Positions 27,701 through 40,073 of a stretch of DNA of 64,000 nucleotides are shown here, piece after piece (the stretch's first letter is position 1; every line of letters begins with the position of its first letter). A model generated the notes under the pieces. That model saw nothing but the letters and a program-made list of their open reading frames with translations. It was not told where the DNA came from and did not search any database. The position numbers and the translations under genes were made by a program. Source of the DNA: Phoronis australis (taxonomy: Eukaryota > Animalia > Phoronida); NCBI GenBank assembly GCA_002633005.1, contig NMRA01000215.1:598852-662851 (forward strand). The letters are read 5' to 3'.

Positions 27701-28181
27701 TACGGTGGCTGTGAAAGGACGGCACGGCAACTTTTTTTCTCCGTTGTTAACTCTATTAATAGACTTAATAACTCTATCGATAGACTTAATATCTCTATCG
27801 ATAGAGTTACTACTCTATCGCTAGACTTTTTAACTCTATCGATAGACTTACTAACTCTATCGATAGACTTATTAACTCTGTCGATAGACTTACAAATTCT
27901 ATCGATAGACTTATTAATTCTGTCGATAGACTTACAAATTCTATCGATAGACTTATTAATTCTTTCGATAGAGTAAGTCTATCGATATAGTAAGTCTATC
28001 GATAGAGATAGTAAGTCTATCGATAGAGTTAGTAAGTCTCGATAGAGTTATTAAGTCTATCGATAGAGATAGTAAGTCTATCGATATAGTTAGTAAGTCT
28101 ATCGATAGAGTTAATAAGTCTATCGATAGAGTTAGCAACGGAGAAAAATAGTTGCCGTGCCGTCCTTTCACAGTCACCGTA
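27701..28181. mobile_element. Foldback/MITE with about 46-bp TIRs and an inverted array of 21-bp units
   Basis: TACGGTGGCTGTGAAAGGACGGCACGGCAAC...GTTGCCGTGCCGTCCTTTCACAGTCACCGTA. About 19 internal units (CTCTATCGATAGACTTATTAA) switch orientation near 27970. TA at both ends. Confidence 0.85.
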
Positions 28182-29261
28182 CACACCAGAGTTGTATCTC
28201 CGCACCAAATTTTCCTTGAGGCAAGTTTTGTTGTTGAACACGACGTTCCATAGCCTGAGTAGATAAGTACCGGACAATTGTGCTGTATACAACTATTTTC
28301 TCGTTATGTGATTTGGATATGAAGCCTGTAATACTGACTATTTGTGCTTTCATCACTGCCATGAACCTACATCATAACGCGAGATCAGCCTGCCGTCAAC
28401 TAGAGCGCTTATCTACTAACACAATTAAAATTAAAGGGACGTCGTGTTCAGGAAAACTTGTCTCAGTTATGCATACCATGGGTAATCAACTTTAATTGTG
28501 TATGATATTCAAGAAGACTTGGTCAGACAGCTGATATATTCCTGTATGTCCTTCACTGGACTTAGATAATTTAATGCAACATTTCGTCTGTCACATTCAT
28601 CGATATACGCTTATATTCCTACATTACGTGACGAGAAAGGCGTAATGGTAGTTTGTCGATTAAATGTACATTTGAAAGCGAAATTCAATGATTGATGAGT
28701 CACGAAATTTATAATATCAAAACGTCGCTTGCACATTCAGATCGCAGGTTATAAAAACGAATTCTCTGCTGCACGCTTTTTTATGTGAGTCTGAACGTTG
28801 AAAATTATGTGAAATAGATGTATTCCGGTCATTCCAGCATTGCCCTGTAGACCATAAAACTGACGCCGAGACTATAAAACACCTAGTAGTTCTGCTTTAA
28901 ATCAATTCTGAGAACAACAACAGATAATTTTAACGGACGTACAGCCGATAAGGAATCGTCATGAACACGCGCATTGCAAAAAGCTTGACAAGCTTTTAAG
29001 ATAGCACTCTTCTGACCTGCGTTTTAGACGTGTTGTCAGAGTATTCGATATCGCAAAGGCTGCCAGCTTTCCTTGCTTGCCTGCATGCACCATTGATACT
29101 CTGGCCGCAATCATGAGCGCCGTCTTTTGCCGATAAAACGAACTGATTATACTTTCATCACCGCACAGCAGCCATTTCATTCTTATAACGTATTGTTTGA
29201 ACCAATACGCTACCTCTAGTAGTCATATAAAGGATACATTTCGATGAATATAATTTTGACT

Positions 29262-30915
29262 ATCATGTCTTCTTTTGTAACATCGTACTTCATGTATATT
29301 CTAAGACGTTTTAATCAAGGATACAAAAATTCGCATAGGGTAACGCCATGTGTCATACATCAATGGCGAGTTAAAGGAGAAAGCAACGTTTTTCATGTCA
29401 GTTTCACTAAAAATACGGTTCGTTGATTATCCCAGACATGTATATCAGTCAATCACGGCTTCCCATAATTTAATTAATTAGTCATGCCCTATTCCGTAAT
29501 TGATATTTAGGAGGTTAAGAATGTCCGTCCATTTTGTTTCTGCGTTCGAGTTTAGTGTGAAGATCTGTTCTACTGTTGTTTTTGTGCTGGTTCGCTAAAA
29601 TTGCCGTCACCACTTCCCATCGACGTGTATTCGACGACAAGCTAGGCTGTTAGAGGATTCAATTACGGTACGTTGGATTTAGGAATAATTTAGTTCAGTC
29701 ACGGTTGTCAAGTCTGAGAATGGCTGGATATGTGGCGACCCATATTGAGTGGCGTGAGTGACGGAACCATTGTTAAAAGCGGTGGTGACGAGGACTCTTT
29801 TTCATTTTCACTAACAGCCAGTGGATGGATATGTGTTTGAGCCCAAGTCTAGTGAGACAGAATGCGCACTCCCACTGGATGGTGACCTGAGCACCCAAAC
29901 CGCTTAAATCCCGCCGTGGGACTCCGTTGCCAAACACTTGGCATCTTTTAAATTGCTACAGTACTTTAGTGAAGTTCACAGTAAACTTATCAAAGTTTGG
30001 GTTTGCTGTTCACTCGACGACGAACTGTCGTCTTTGCTGAGTGACGAACGGGGGATATTCACTCCCACCACTTAACGTCGCTGCAGGACTGCTTATAGGC
30101 TCTGGGCTGGACGCAACACCGGCAGAGAGTGAATCACTGCTGGTTCCCGCGATTGCAATCACGCTCGTGAAGGTACGTTCTGAGGCTCGGGAGACAGTAG
30201 ATGAAGGGCCTCCAGTCATGGTAGGGGACGTAGCTAGTGGGGCATCTCATTTCAAAAATGCACTTCTCGGAGGTGGTGACGGTGCACTGCCTGGAATCAA
30301 CAGCGACGCTATGTCACCTTTCTTTAGGCGATGAACCTTCATCACTTCTGCGTACATATCTCTTTCGCTATCCGACGGCAGAAAATGCTTGCCACACACT
30401 TGATAATTTACCACTACTTTGTATGTTGGCGTGGTCGTCTAACACTGCGTTCTTCACACGAACGAGCCAAATACGGCGGAGTGTGTCATCCGTCGAAAAG
30501 CGATGAGTGCAATGGAATACCCAAAGTACGCGTGAGACGATAATGAGCACATCCCGGTACGTAGCAACCGTGCTGACTGTCTCGTAAACAAAAGCAGACG
30601 ACGACCGAACTTATCGCAAAACAGACTAACTCGATAGCTTACTGCCAGGCTACATGAAAACAAAGTGACGTCATTTCCAGAAAAGGGTATGACTAATCAA
30701 TTAAATTTCTGGAATCCCTAATTAAGTGAAAAAAATGGGTCTGGTATAATCAACGAACCCCATGTTTACTAAAAATGATATGGAAGTAGGTTGATTTCTC
30801 CTTCAACTCAGCACTGATCTTTGACACATGGCGTTACCCTACGCGAATTTATATATCCTTGATCAAAACGTCTTATAATGTACATGAAGTACGACGTTAC
30901 AAATGAAGACATGAG
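29262..30915. repeat. Outer inverted repeat (about 110-bp arms) flanking the intron-2 Kolobok copy
   Basis: 29262-29370 (TCATGTCTTC...GTACTTCATGTA...TAAGACGTTTT...TAGGGTAACGCCATGTGTCA...GAG) is the reverse complement of 30807-30915. Confidence 0.85.
29375..30802 (-). mobile_element. Second copy of the Kolobok-like THAP element, in NK4 intron 2
   Basis: TTAA|AGGAGAAAGCAAC...GATTTCTCCT|TCAA termini. THAP relic HRFSTDDTLRRIWLVRV on the - strand (30368-30570). Internal sequence is colinear with 53883-55391 in reverse. Confidence 0.8.
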
Positions 30916-31039
30916 TTCCTTTGGCTGATATGTATGCAAAGCATTGACTGATCAGAAACTTCACTTTTAGCTTCATATGCACTTATAGAGGGCACATCTT
31001 TAACAATCAGGTGCTAACGCTAGGTCTGTTTCGTTCCAG

Positions 31040-31378
31040 GTGAAGATATGGTTTCAAAATCGTCGATACAAATGCAAGCGTCAGAGACAAGATAAAACAC
31101 TAGAGTTAACGGCTATGCAACCTCCCCGCAGAGTGGCTGTCCCGGTTCTTGTGCGGGACGGCAAACCTTGTCTCGCTCGAGAAGGTCAGCAATACTCTCC
31201 ACCTTACAATGTCAACCCCTTTGCTGCCTACGGGGGATACTCTGCGCCGGCCTACAGTAACGTTAGCAATATGTCGAACACATACAATATGGCGCCCATG
31301 TCGCACAATATGGCGCCAACGACAAACTACGACCAGCAAGCGATGTATGTGAATTCGCAAGGCTTAAGAACATGGTAG
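31040..31378 (+). CDS. NK4: NK4/tinman/Nkx2-5-class homeobox gene, exon 3 (helix 3, NK2-SD, Tyr-rich tail)
   Basis: Acceptor TTCCAG|, then [23 protein letters not shown] (Tyr54; the DKTLEL motif after the homeodomain), [16 protein letters not shown] (NK2-specific domain), a Tyr-rich segment and terminal GLRTW* resembling the Nkx2-5 GIRAW motif. Confidence 0.97.
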   Translation: MKIWFQNRRYKCKRQRQDKTLELTAMQPPRRVAVPVLVRDGKPCLAREGQQYSPPYNVNPFAAYGGYSAPAYSNVSNMSNTYNMAPMSHNMAPTTNYDQQAMYVNSQGLRTW

Positions 31379-31689
31379 CACAACGTGTGCGATTTATTGT
31401 TTTGTTCCTGTACAAAGTTGTGATTTATATATTATTCGTGTACAAAAATATGCCTTGTAGTTTTTTCATGGATCTTGATTTATTTGGCTGTTCTCACTGA
31501 ATGGTTTTACTTACGATCGTTCGCTGTGTTCCGTAGTCCAAGAGCGAGATCAAGCAAGACCACGCAAAATCACGTTAGTAAAAGGCAAGTCAAGTTTTGG
31601 AAATAACCTCAAGACCTTGACTTTATAATGTAGCAAAATGGCCGCCACCGACGTGATTGGAACACGAGGCTAGAATATTGACTTATGGG

Positions 31690-31695
31690 AATAAA
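31690..31695 (+). terminator. Candidate polyadenylation signal of NK4
   Basis: First AATAAA after the stop, following a U/AU-rich 3' UTR with ATTTA motifs. Alternatives occur near 32524 and 32776. Confidence 0.3.
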
Positions 31696-33820
31696 CTCGT
31701 TATATCTGCGCTATAAGTTAAGATTTCTCGCCACGAGTATCTCTTGTGTCGTATGCTGTGCAACTCGTATCTGATCGTGAACTCAGACTCGTGAAGCAGG
31801 TGCATTGCAAGATATTCTGTAATCCTCCACAAATGCCCTTCCTCTAGGTCTGCAACTAGAGTTCGTGTGTGTCACCTGACATTTAAACATTGGCACTGCC
31901 TTTAGTGTCGCCAGTTTCAGTGAAATTTGGATTAATATTAGTGGCAAAACTGCGTGCGATTTGAAATTTATAACAACGTATGTGAGGCAATGCTGATTTC
32001 TGCTAAGATTGAACATGTATGGAATCTTGTAGGACGGTCAGCTATCTGAATTTTACGTTGACCAACTGTTAATATGTGGATACGAGTGTATTGTGGTTTT
32101 CAACGTATCATTGAGTACCTAATTCTTGTTCGAGCAAATGCATTGCACACTTTGAGTTAAAGTTGGGTGCAGTTTTCTTTTTAAATGTAACTTCTAAAAC
32201 ACGTTTTTGAAAGAGCTTTTTCGATCGATCACGCTTAGTAAGGAGCGTTACATTTATGCCTCTAAATTTTGGATTAGGTGAATGAGTCTGAGTCATACGG
32301 AAATCTGAAAACAAAGAATTTTCCTGTACCCCTGAAATCGTGGTATAAAAATGACCAAATGATTGGTGGCTGCGTCTCTAGGAGATCGACATTTGGGACG
32401 TCATCATAGGAACATGAAAACGGAGGTCAATGATCTTACTCTCAAACGGAAGACTCTGGTATCGCCTGCTTGTGGAATGCACTTTTTTGGTGGAAGCATC
32501 TAATCTCAACATTCTTCCGCTTTAATAAAGGTGTCTCTATGTATTGGAACTTTATGTAATCTTCCAATTGACGCATGATGAAAAAAACTGGTATAATTGT
32601 ATTGTTTTAAGAAACTACTGTCATATACGTGTTATGATACTGATGGCGACGCTAACGCCGGACGCAGAAAAAACGCCAGATAATCAGGATACTACGGCTA
32701 GATTTGGATTATTTTAGCATAAACACTGATTGCAAAACAGTCTAAAGTACTTTGTATTTGTCTCATTATTTATCTAATAAAATATTTCTCAACATTACAC
32801 CGTGTGCACTTTGCGTGGAGCTGCGAGCACAGGCTGCGAAGCGTGAATCAAGAGACATCCCCAGAATATTAGGAACTTTTCGTGAAGTACAGTGCCCTCT
32901 GTATTTGCGTTTTAGTACCAATTTACTTAAGTTTATCAAAGTAACCGTAGACAGTTAACTTAGCTGGTGCGCATTTGTTGCGTCATCAGAAAAACTAAAA
33001 CACGCAAGTTTTACTCAGTTAATTTTGAAAAAAAATGACGTGACGCCAACAGTATCATTTGGACATACGTTTAAGTTCTAATACATGTAAGCCGTTGTCG
33101 ACAAGTGCATTTAAACAAATAACTATAAAACTACAGAAATAAACTCCAAAAGTATTTATTTTCTTAAAGTCGGAAGCATGTAGACTACGATTTTTAAATT
33201 CATACCAATCTGCTGTTTTCGGAAAGTATCGCAAATTAGGTAAACATTTCCTAGCAAAACAACGGTATCAACAATGACGCCAAATTTCATTTCGTAAATG
33301 AAATCTCAAAAAAAACTTTGTTGCAGGTTTCTGAAATATCAGTTCGTTTTCGTTTTAAATGGATGTTCTTGGCGAGAACAGCTATTTTCTGACATCAGCC
33401 TTTGCCTCTGAGGATTCGAATCTGAAATCCCCGCGATCGCAGTCAAACGCACTCCTAGCCTAGCTCAATACCAGCCGATAAATGACAAACACTGGTCAAG
33501 TCACCGGCCTTAGATTCAGCGAATATCTGACAAACAACGGTGAGGATTGGCGATTTGCGATAAAATCACAAAATGGGATTTTGTATTTCTTGTTTTGTAC
33601 ATGTAGCTCTGGTCAAAGCTAGTAACTTCAAGAAGTCTATCCCCAAAAATGTGTTAAAGTCTGCGGTAAAACGGAAAATGTCTATTAAAGTACATAATTT
33701 ATAGTCTCATACTCTGTAACCCTTGTTGCAATAGTGAAACCTTTAAAAACAATTTCTATATAACAGCGTTTCAGAAAACAGTACATAACTTGAAGTATAG
33801 TTCGGTAGTAGCCCATCGTT

Positions 33821-33951
33821 TACACAAACTTCGTTAAAGATAAGACTAGACTTTTTTGTTAGCGAGCTTGATACTGTTCCAAAATTACCAACGTGCTAGT
33901 ATCAAGCTCGCTAACAAAAAGTCTAGTCGTGTCTTTAACGAGATTTGTGTA
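33821..33951. repeat. Near-perfect hairpin (about 55-bp arms), TA-flanked
   Basis: TACACAAA...GACTAGACTTTTTTGTTAGCGAGCTTGATACT / AGTATCAAGCTCGCTAACAAAAAGTCTAGTC...TTTGTGTA. Confidence 0.85.
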
Positions 33952-34116
33952 AATTGAAGTATGTGGAAATTATTTCATATAAATCCGAACAACCATTTCT
34001 GATATATGGCGTTAGGAATTCAGCCAAATTTGTACATAGTTATAGGATCTTTCGGAACCTAAGAGATGTCCAATACAGCCATTCTCGTTGTGTAGTATCT
34101 GACATGGACGAGCTTA

Positions 34117-34377
34117 CATGGACGCATCCAGCCTAAAAAATGGGGGCGGGGGGCTCGAATTTTTGAAAAAGTGGACTAAGATTCACGTGGTACGTTTATG
34201 GCTATGAATTGTGCATTCGCCGAATTTTGGTACTTCTTGCCTTTTTAGTGGATTTTTGTCTCGTTTTCTATATTTCAGGAGTTTTTGTTCCCCTGAGGAA
34301 GACCCTTTTGTCCACTTCACCAAATGGGGGCTCGTTCAAGCTCCCGAGCCCCCAAACCACCCCTGTGTGCGCGCATG
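34117..34377. mobile_element. Same MITE family as 6107-6342
   Basis: CATGGACGCATCCAG...CTGTGTGCGCGCATG with shared internal GCTATGAAT.GTGCAT and CACTTC.CCAAATGGGGG. Confidence 0.65.
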
Positions 34378-35014
34378 TCATGTCAGGTAATTACGTTTTG
34401 GGCTAACAAAGTGTGCATGTAGTAATAACTAGAACCATGTTTTACAGCCTTTAAAATTTATTTTGTCAGAGTGCATTATGTGCATACATGTATTACAGTC
34501 ATCGGTGTCGTCAGAAAGCCTACCAACCCCAGTTTCTTTCAATTCCCGTTTCGGCGATCTCCACATCTTTACCTGTAGGCAAATTCAACTGTGTTTATTA
34601 TATTTGCGTATGTTCGCGTACCGTATCGGTACCCAGTGGTGAAAGCGATTCGGCGATAAGGGGCCGCATCTTTAGAAAGTCATCATCCATTTGCTTAGTA
34701 TAGAAGGTGGCGTAAAACAGAAAAGACCACAGTTAATAAAGACTTTAAATGCTCTTTCAGTGGGAACAGAGAGCCCATTTCGCGTATTAAGCCAAAAAGC
34801 ATAATTGGCTATGAACTGCGATTTTTTAAACAACTGGTGGTACCGAGTTTTTTAGTTCCTCAAAACAAGAACATCTACGTGCAGTGAGCAAAACTGATGG
34901 TGATTTTTTTTACTCAGCTCTAGCCAGGAGGTGGGGGTGAGGGGGAAGAGCACTCGTGCCAATTCTCGAAAATTCATGCTTTTCATCCTTATCAACTGGG
35001 GTGTCTTCCGATGA

Positions 35015-35404
35015 CGCCACCCTCATCATATTGTGATCTGGCCTTTCGTACCTGGCCACGCCGGTGTCTTGATTAATGAGCGTGCAGATTACCTCGCTGG
35101 CTCATGCACCACCAACCTACCCATCTACTTATATTCGGCTGATATTAAGCTTCTGGCCCACAAACGCACCCTCGAGCAGACTTCGTCCCAACTGGCTGAG
35201 TTCAATGATGGTAGCCGACTGCTCGAAGCCGGTATTATTTATGGCCATGCTACTAAAAGTTACAAGCAGAGCCGTGCCCGAGTGTTGTCAAATCGGATGC
35301 TTACAGGCAACGTTAGCCCTGGAGTTCTGCGCCTTCTGCTGTCACGGGGATGGTCTGGGGAGGGGATAAATGCATCAGCATGTCCCCAATGCTCCTGTCC
35401 GTGA
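35015..35404 (+). pseudogene. Non-LTR retrotransposon relic: RNase H C-terminus
   Basis: FVPGHAGVLINERADYLAG matches the RNase H motif WVPGHxGxxGNERADxLA. 5'-truncated. Confidence 0.75.
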
Positions 35405-36589
35405 CATGTATTACAGGTATTCATCCTTATCGGGGGCAACGAATATGGACGTGGTGTCACAATCCAGCAAGTCGATAAATGAAGATCAAAAAATCCTTTA
35501 GGACAGCAGATTTACCAAAACAAAAGATTCTTTTACCCGCAGAATGAAAACAAGTTTGGGAACCAAATCAAAAAATCGTCTGATTTTTTTTCAATAATAA
35601 ACTTCAGACAAATTTTCAATTCCAGTGGTTTTCTTAAAAGATGAGCATCTATCTGGTATCAATAGAATTTGACAGCATTTTGCCACGAAACTCAAATGAC
35701 GAATGGATGCAAGGTACAGACCGTATGTTGTAACAGATATATAAATCCAGCACTTCACTCGTCCCAAACGATCATTGTGACGAGGCAAGTTTGGAACAGA
35801 AGCCGTGACGTATTGCTGTCAAGGTACACCTGCGCCCAAGTTCACTAGATATTCACATTGCCCGTATTTGTTACGGATTCTACTACCGAATGCTCTGTAT
35901 TTTGGATGAAACAATAAAAAGACATTCAGTTTACGTTGAACCGTGAAACTGGTTTTCAATTGGTAAAATTACCATTTTGTCATTGTTTTTTAGCCGACAT
36001 CGTAAACAGAAGCGAAGCGTCGCAGTTATTGAATCATAGCACTGTTAACCAATCGTACGTTGGCGTTGTACTCCGACACATAACGAGTCGATCTACATAA
36101 TGCTATATATGGACAGAATACTTAGGTAATTCGAACAGTTTCACGTTACCCCGTCATGCCTGCCTGCAGTTTTGGAAAGGAGTAAACATGGCTGGAAATT
36201 TGTTCTAAATAGTCTGACGAAGACTTATTTTTTTACAACTTGATGTGGCATAGAGGGAAGATCTGTGGTTGAACAATGACATGGTATTCGTCTTTTCCAA
36301 CAACGTGGCTATATACTGGTACACTTCCGGATTTTTCTTTCATACTAAGTGATTCCTTGGGAGACACGAGAATTTTTCATAGAGTATTATGAGGCTTAAA
36401 ATAAGCGCGGACGCCATAACTAAAAAGTACACTTTTTAGAACATAAAAAGCTGCAAGAATGTAAGGGCTAGTCACGGAACCAACAGGTTCATTTCGGGTT
36501 TGATCACCCCTCAGGTAGCAGATTAGCTACACCAATTCACCGGCTGTCGGGGTACATACATGTATGCTAGAATTTCGTAATGCTAATTA

Positions 36590-36810
36590 ATGAACTGCAG
36601 TGAAAATCTTTGACAACGATTCTAACTGGTTCAAACGGGGAGTGAAGGAATCTATTCATATCTCAATCCACGGCTCCATAAAGACGGTGGGAGGTAATTT
36701 CCCAAAATCCACAACAGGCCTGAAGAGCAGCTCAACCCTGATCCTACGACACCTAGTGGACATTCTCAGGGTGAACAAGAAGGCGGATCGCCGTCGAAAG
36801 GCTCTAAGTG
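36590..36810 (+). pseudogene. Penelope-like element 3' relic (GIY-YIG C-terminus)
   Basis: VKIFDNDSNWFKRGVKESIHI...DGG matches the PLE endonuclease tail (ILDxExxWFxRGVKEAIxI...NRDGG). It is followed by a stem-loop plus CGAAA. Confidence 0.7.
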
Positions 36811-38157
36811 ATGCATTTGAATTTTTGCTTTGAGTGCGGTTCATATATTTTCATTAAGGATTATAAATATATGACAAAAGCCTCTCCCATTCATGTTTCG
36901 AATTTTAACCAATTTGAACAGTCGATTGAGAGGCTAAATGTAACCACAGAGACACAGCATTGTCATTGCAATGAACGATTTTGGCGGAAAATCTACAGTT
37001 TTGATTCGGCTTACGTACGAGAGTTAATTTCTCTCACCGAAATTGGCTTCATTTGATGCCATTAGCGGTTTTGATGCTATTGCACAATTTTGGCACACCC
37101 AGTTGAAGCCGCTGCCCGCTCACAAAATCGTAAAAAGTCGATGGTGCTCGTACACGGCTTCAAAGATTCTTGCGACCCCAGAATGTTCTTAGGTTTACAA
37201 GTGTACATGTATGTTTAGAATGATTACCATGAACAACGGGTAGATGGAAGCGATATAAATCTGGGCAATGTGGAGTTGTTGAAACAGTGACAACAAGTCG
37301 ATTAGTATAGTTGTGTATATGGCTCATCTTCTACCATTACATGTATACGTGTTGCGCATGAACGTTTGTTTTTATATACTTACACTCGCAGACGCGATCT
37401 TCAGCAAAAACTTCCTTCAGTGGACCTTTTACCGTTTTCAGAATGTCACTGAAAATAACCCAATGAACCGGCGAATTAACCAAAAATAATGGTATTTTTA
37501 AAGCGAATTGAATACACGTGGTACATAGAACACACATTTATTGCCAAGAACGGAAATGACAAAATCAAATGCTAATAACAGGTACTTAAGCTTGTAACCG
37601 GAGTGTCCTTGAACCGTGAAACATTTGACGCTGCACAGTCCACGTGATGTTGACATTTGCAATGGTGGTTGATAAATAGTATAGAAAAAATATTCCCAGG
37701 CTTTGCTTAAAAATACAAAGTAAGAAAAATCGAATAGAGTTGACTAATGCATTTTTCGTGCTTCCAAAAACTATTTTTAAATGGCATGTCTCAGGGATAT
37801 CGATAAATCAATATCTCATATACGTTTCAGGATGTTATGAGGACGACGCAGATTTGTAATTTGGCCAACTCAACAGAACATTCATATTCTCTGAATATTG
37901 TTTTACAATAACCTGCATCTTAACATACATGTACATACGAACATATTTTTGAAAGTGCTATCAAAGAGTAAATTCAAAGGAACCTTAAATCGCCTGTATT
38001 TGAAAAACAAAATTAATGTTTCAGAACACGAGTTTAAAACGGGGAGTTGCCTCAAGTGGCTACAATAAACGAGAATTATATTGACTTGTACGTTAACACT
38101 GAAGTGTCTCAAACCTTCAATGGTTACGGTTCAATCTTATAACGAGTGCGCTCGGAT

Positions 38158-38500
38158 GAGCGACACTTGGCGAAATTAACCGAAAAGACGACGATGGGGA
38201 GGACGACGACGACGATGACGATGAAGGCGGCGATTATGAACAACACGATAACATTCATGTGACTAGCGAAGAAATCAGTAAGAACTAGGGTGCAGTCTTG
38301 TTCAATAGCCGGTAAACTGACAACAGTGCGAGAGCGCCCGTAAGAGCGACACTTGGCGAAATTAGCCGAAAAGACGACGATGGGGAGGACGACGACGACG
38401 ACGACGATGACGATGAAAGCGGCGATTATGAACAACACGATAACATTCATGTGACTAGCAAAGAAATTTGTAAGAAATAGGCTGCACTCTTGTTCAAGCT
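38158..38500 (+). repeat. Two tandem units of about 186 bp with an internal (GAC/GAT)n tract
   Basis: Each unit starts GAGCGACACTTGGCGAAATTA. The same family occurs at 58587-58945. Confidence 0.85.
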
Positions 38501-39480
38501 CTAACTCCGGGTTCCGAAGTTGTACAGAAAGCGCTTTATTTTACAGTCCTTGACTAATCGAGTTGTGAATTTAGGTCATTGACACGTGTCTATAGCGGGG
38601 ATTGCAAAGGTGGTCCAGGCCAAAAAGCTATCAAACACAAAGAAAAGAAACTGATATTGATAATGAACACTTATAGTTGTTTTCACAAGAGAATCAAAAA
38701 GTTGTTTTTTTTCCAAATAATCGCAAAAAGTCACAATGTTCATGTTCGAAGATTTGTCGTAAAAGTTAACGCTGGGCCGCAACGTTTGTTCACGTAAGCT
38801 TTATCAATATTTAAATTTTACTTTGCAAAATCTCTACGGACACCAGACTTCACTTCACTACCAAAAATCGAAGCAACTGAGATGTTTAAAGCAATTTTAC
38901 CCCAAGGTGGATGCTTAATCGCATCTTGGAATGAGGTTTATCTATAACTTTATTTCCATTGGTGTGTTAAGAACTAATAACATGACAATTCAAATATACG
39001 AGTGGAGAAACGAGCCAAACTGTGAATCGTAAAATATTGACAGCAAGACATTTAATTAGAGATTGTGATGGCTTTAGATGATAAATGTGCTTCCGTTTCT
39101 GTTTCCGATGAAATTTGAAACTGAATGCCTCATTGCGAATTAATCTTCACTTGGAGGTCAAGACATTTGCCGATCGAGGAACACGAGCTCAACACAAAGA
39201 CTGAAGCGGTTAAAAATACAAAGCTAAAATTCGACACGTATTTGTTGCAGCATGTTTTAGAATCACACAGTTTTTAATACACATCTACTGACGTGCAATT
39301 CATAAATACGGTTATGTTTCTACAACTTTAATTTGGCGCAAAAGTGAAGTACTATCTTACCAGTTGAACATTTTCAACAAAGGTAAACGAAAATTCTCTC
39401 TAAAGAATTAAGTAAAGTTATAAACTTTACTTCATTACTTAAAGAGTTTATACTCTACAGCTACCATAAAGAAGTACACA

Positions 39481-40073
39481 ATGAAATACGAGAATTTTGA
39501 AAAAAAATGGTAAATGACAATTTTGGTGATCGTTTTTGCTCGAAATTGTTATCATAATAAACGCAATATACCTGCAGATTGGTCTAAAATACTCCGACTT
39601 TCCGTTTCATTTTAATTAAAATCTTCATAAAATGGATTTCAACGCAAGTTAGTACAGTCGAATCTTAAGCCCAAATAATGTTCATTCAGCGCATCTCTTA
39701 ATCCATATGTTTTCAAACTATAACTTTGTTGTGATGCACCGCCAACTAAAATGGCCGCCGTAGATTGACAGCTGACCANATACGAGAATTTTGAAAAAAA
39801 AATGGTAAATGACAATTTTGGTGATCGTTTTTGCTCGAAATTGTTATCATAATAAACGCAATATACCTGCAGATTGGTCTAAAATACTCCGACTTTCCGT
39901 TTCATTTTAATTAAAATCTTCATAAAATGGATTTCAACGCAAGTTAGTACAGTCGAATCTTAAGCCCAAATAATGTTCATTCAGCGCATCTCTTAATCCA
40001 TATGTTTTCAAACTATAACTTTGTTGTGATGCACCGCCAACTAAAATGGCCGCCGTAGATTGACAGCTGACCA
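39481..40073 (+). repeat. About 295-bp tandem duplication across an N (likely unmerged contig overlap)
   Basis: 39486-39778 is virtually identical to 39780-40073 apart from one poly-A length, with an N at 39779. The sequence is also related, in reverse, to about 17340-17540. Confidence 0.85.

Noticed and set aside
27692-28292. LSIDLLT leucine-rich-like ORFs or a CRISPR-like array
   Set aside because: Translation of a 21-bp tandem repeat inside a foldback element. There are no unique spacers or cas genes, and the context is eukaryotic.
39481-40073. Real tandem duplication
   Set aside because: Essentially identical copies separated by a single N indicate an unmerged contig overlap.
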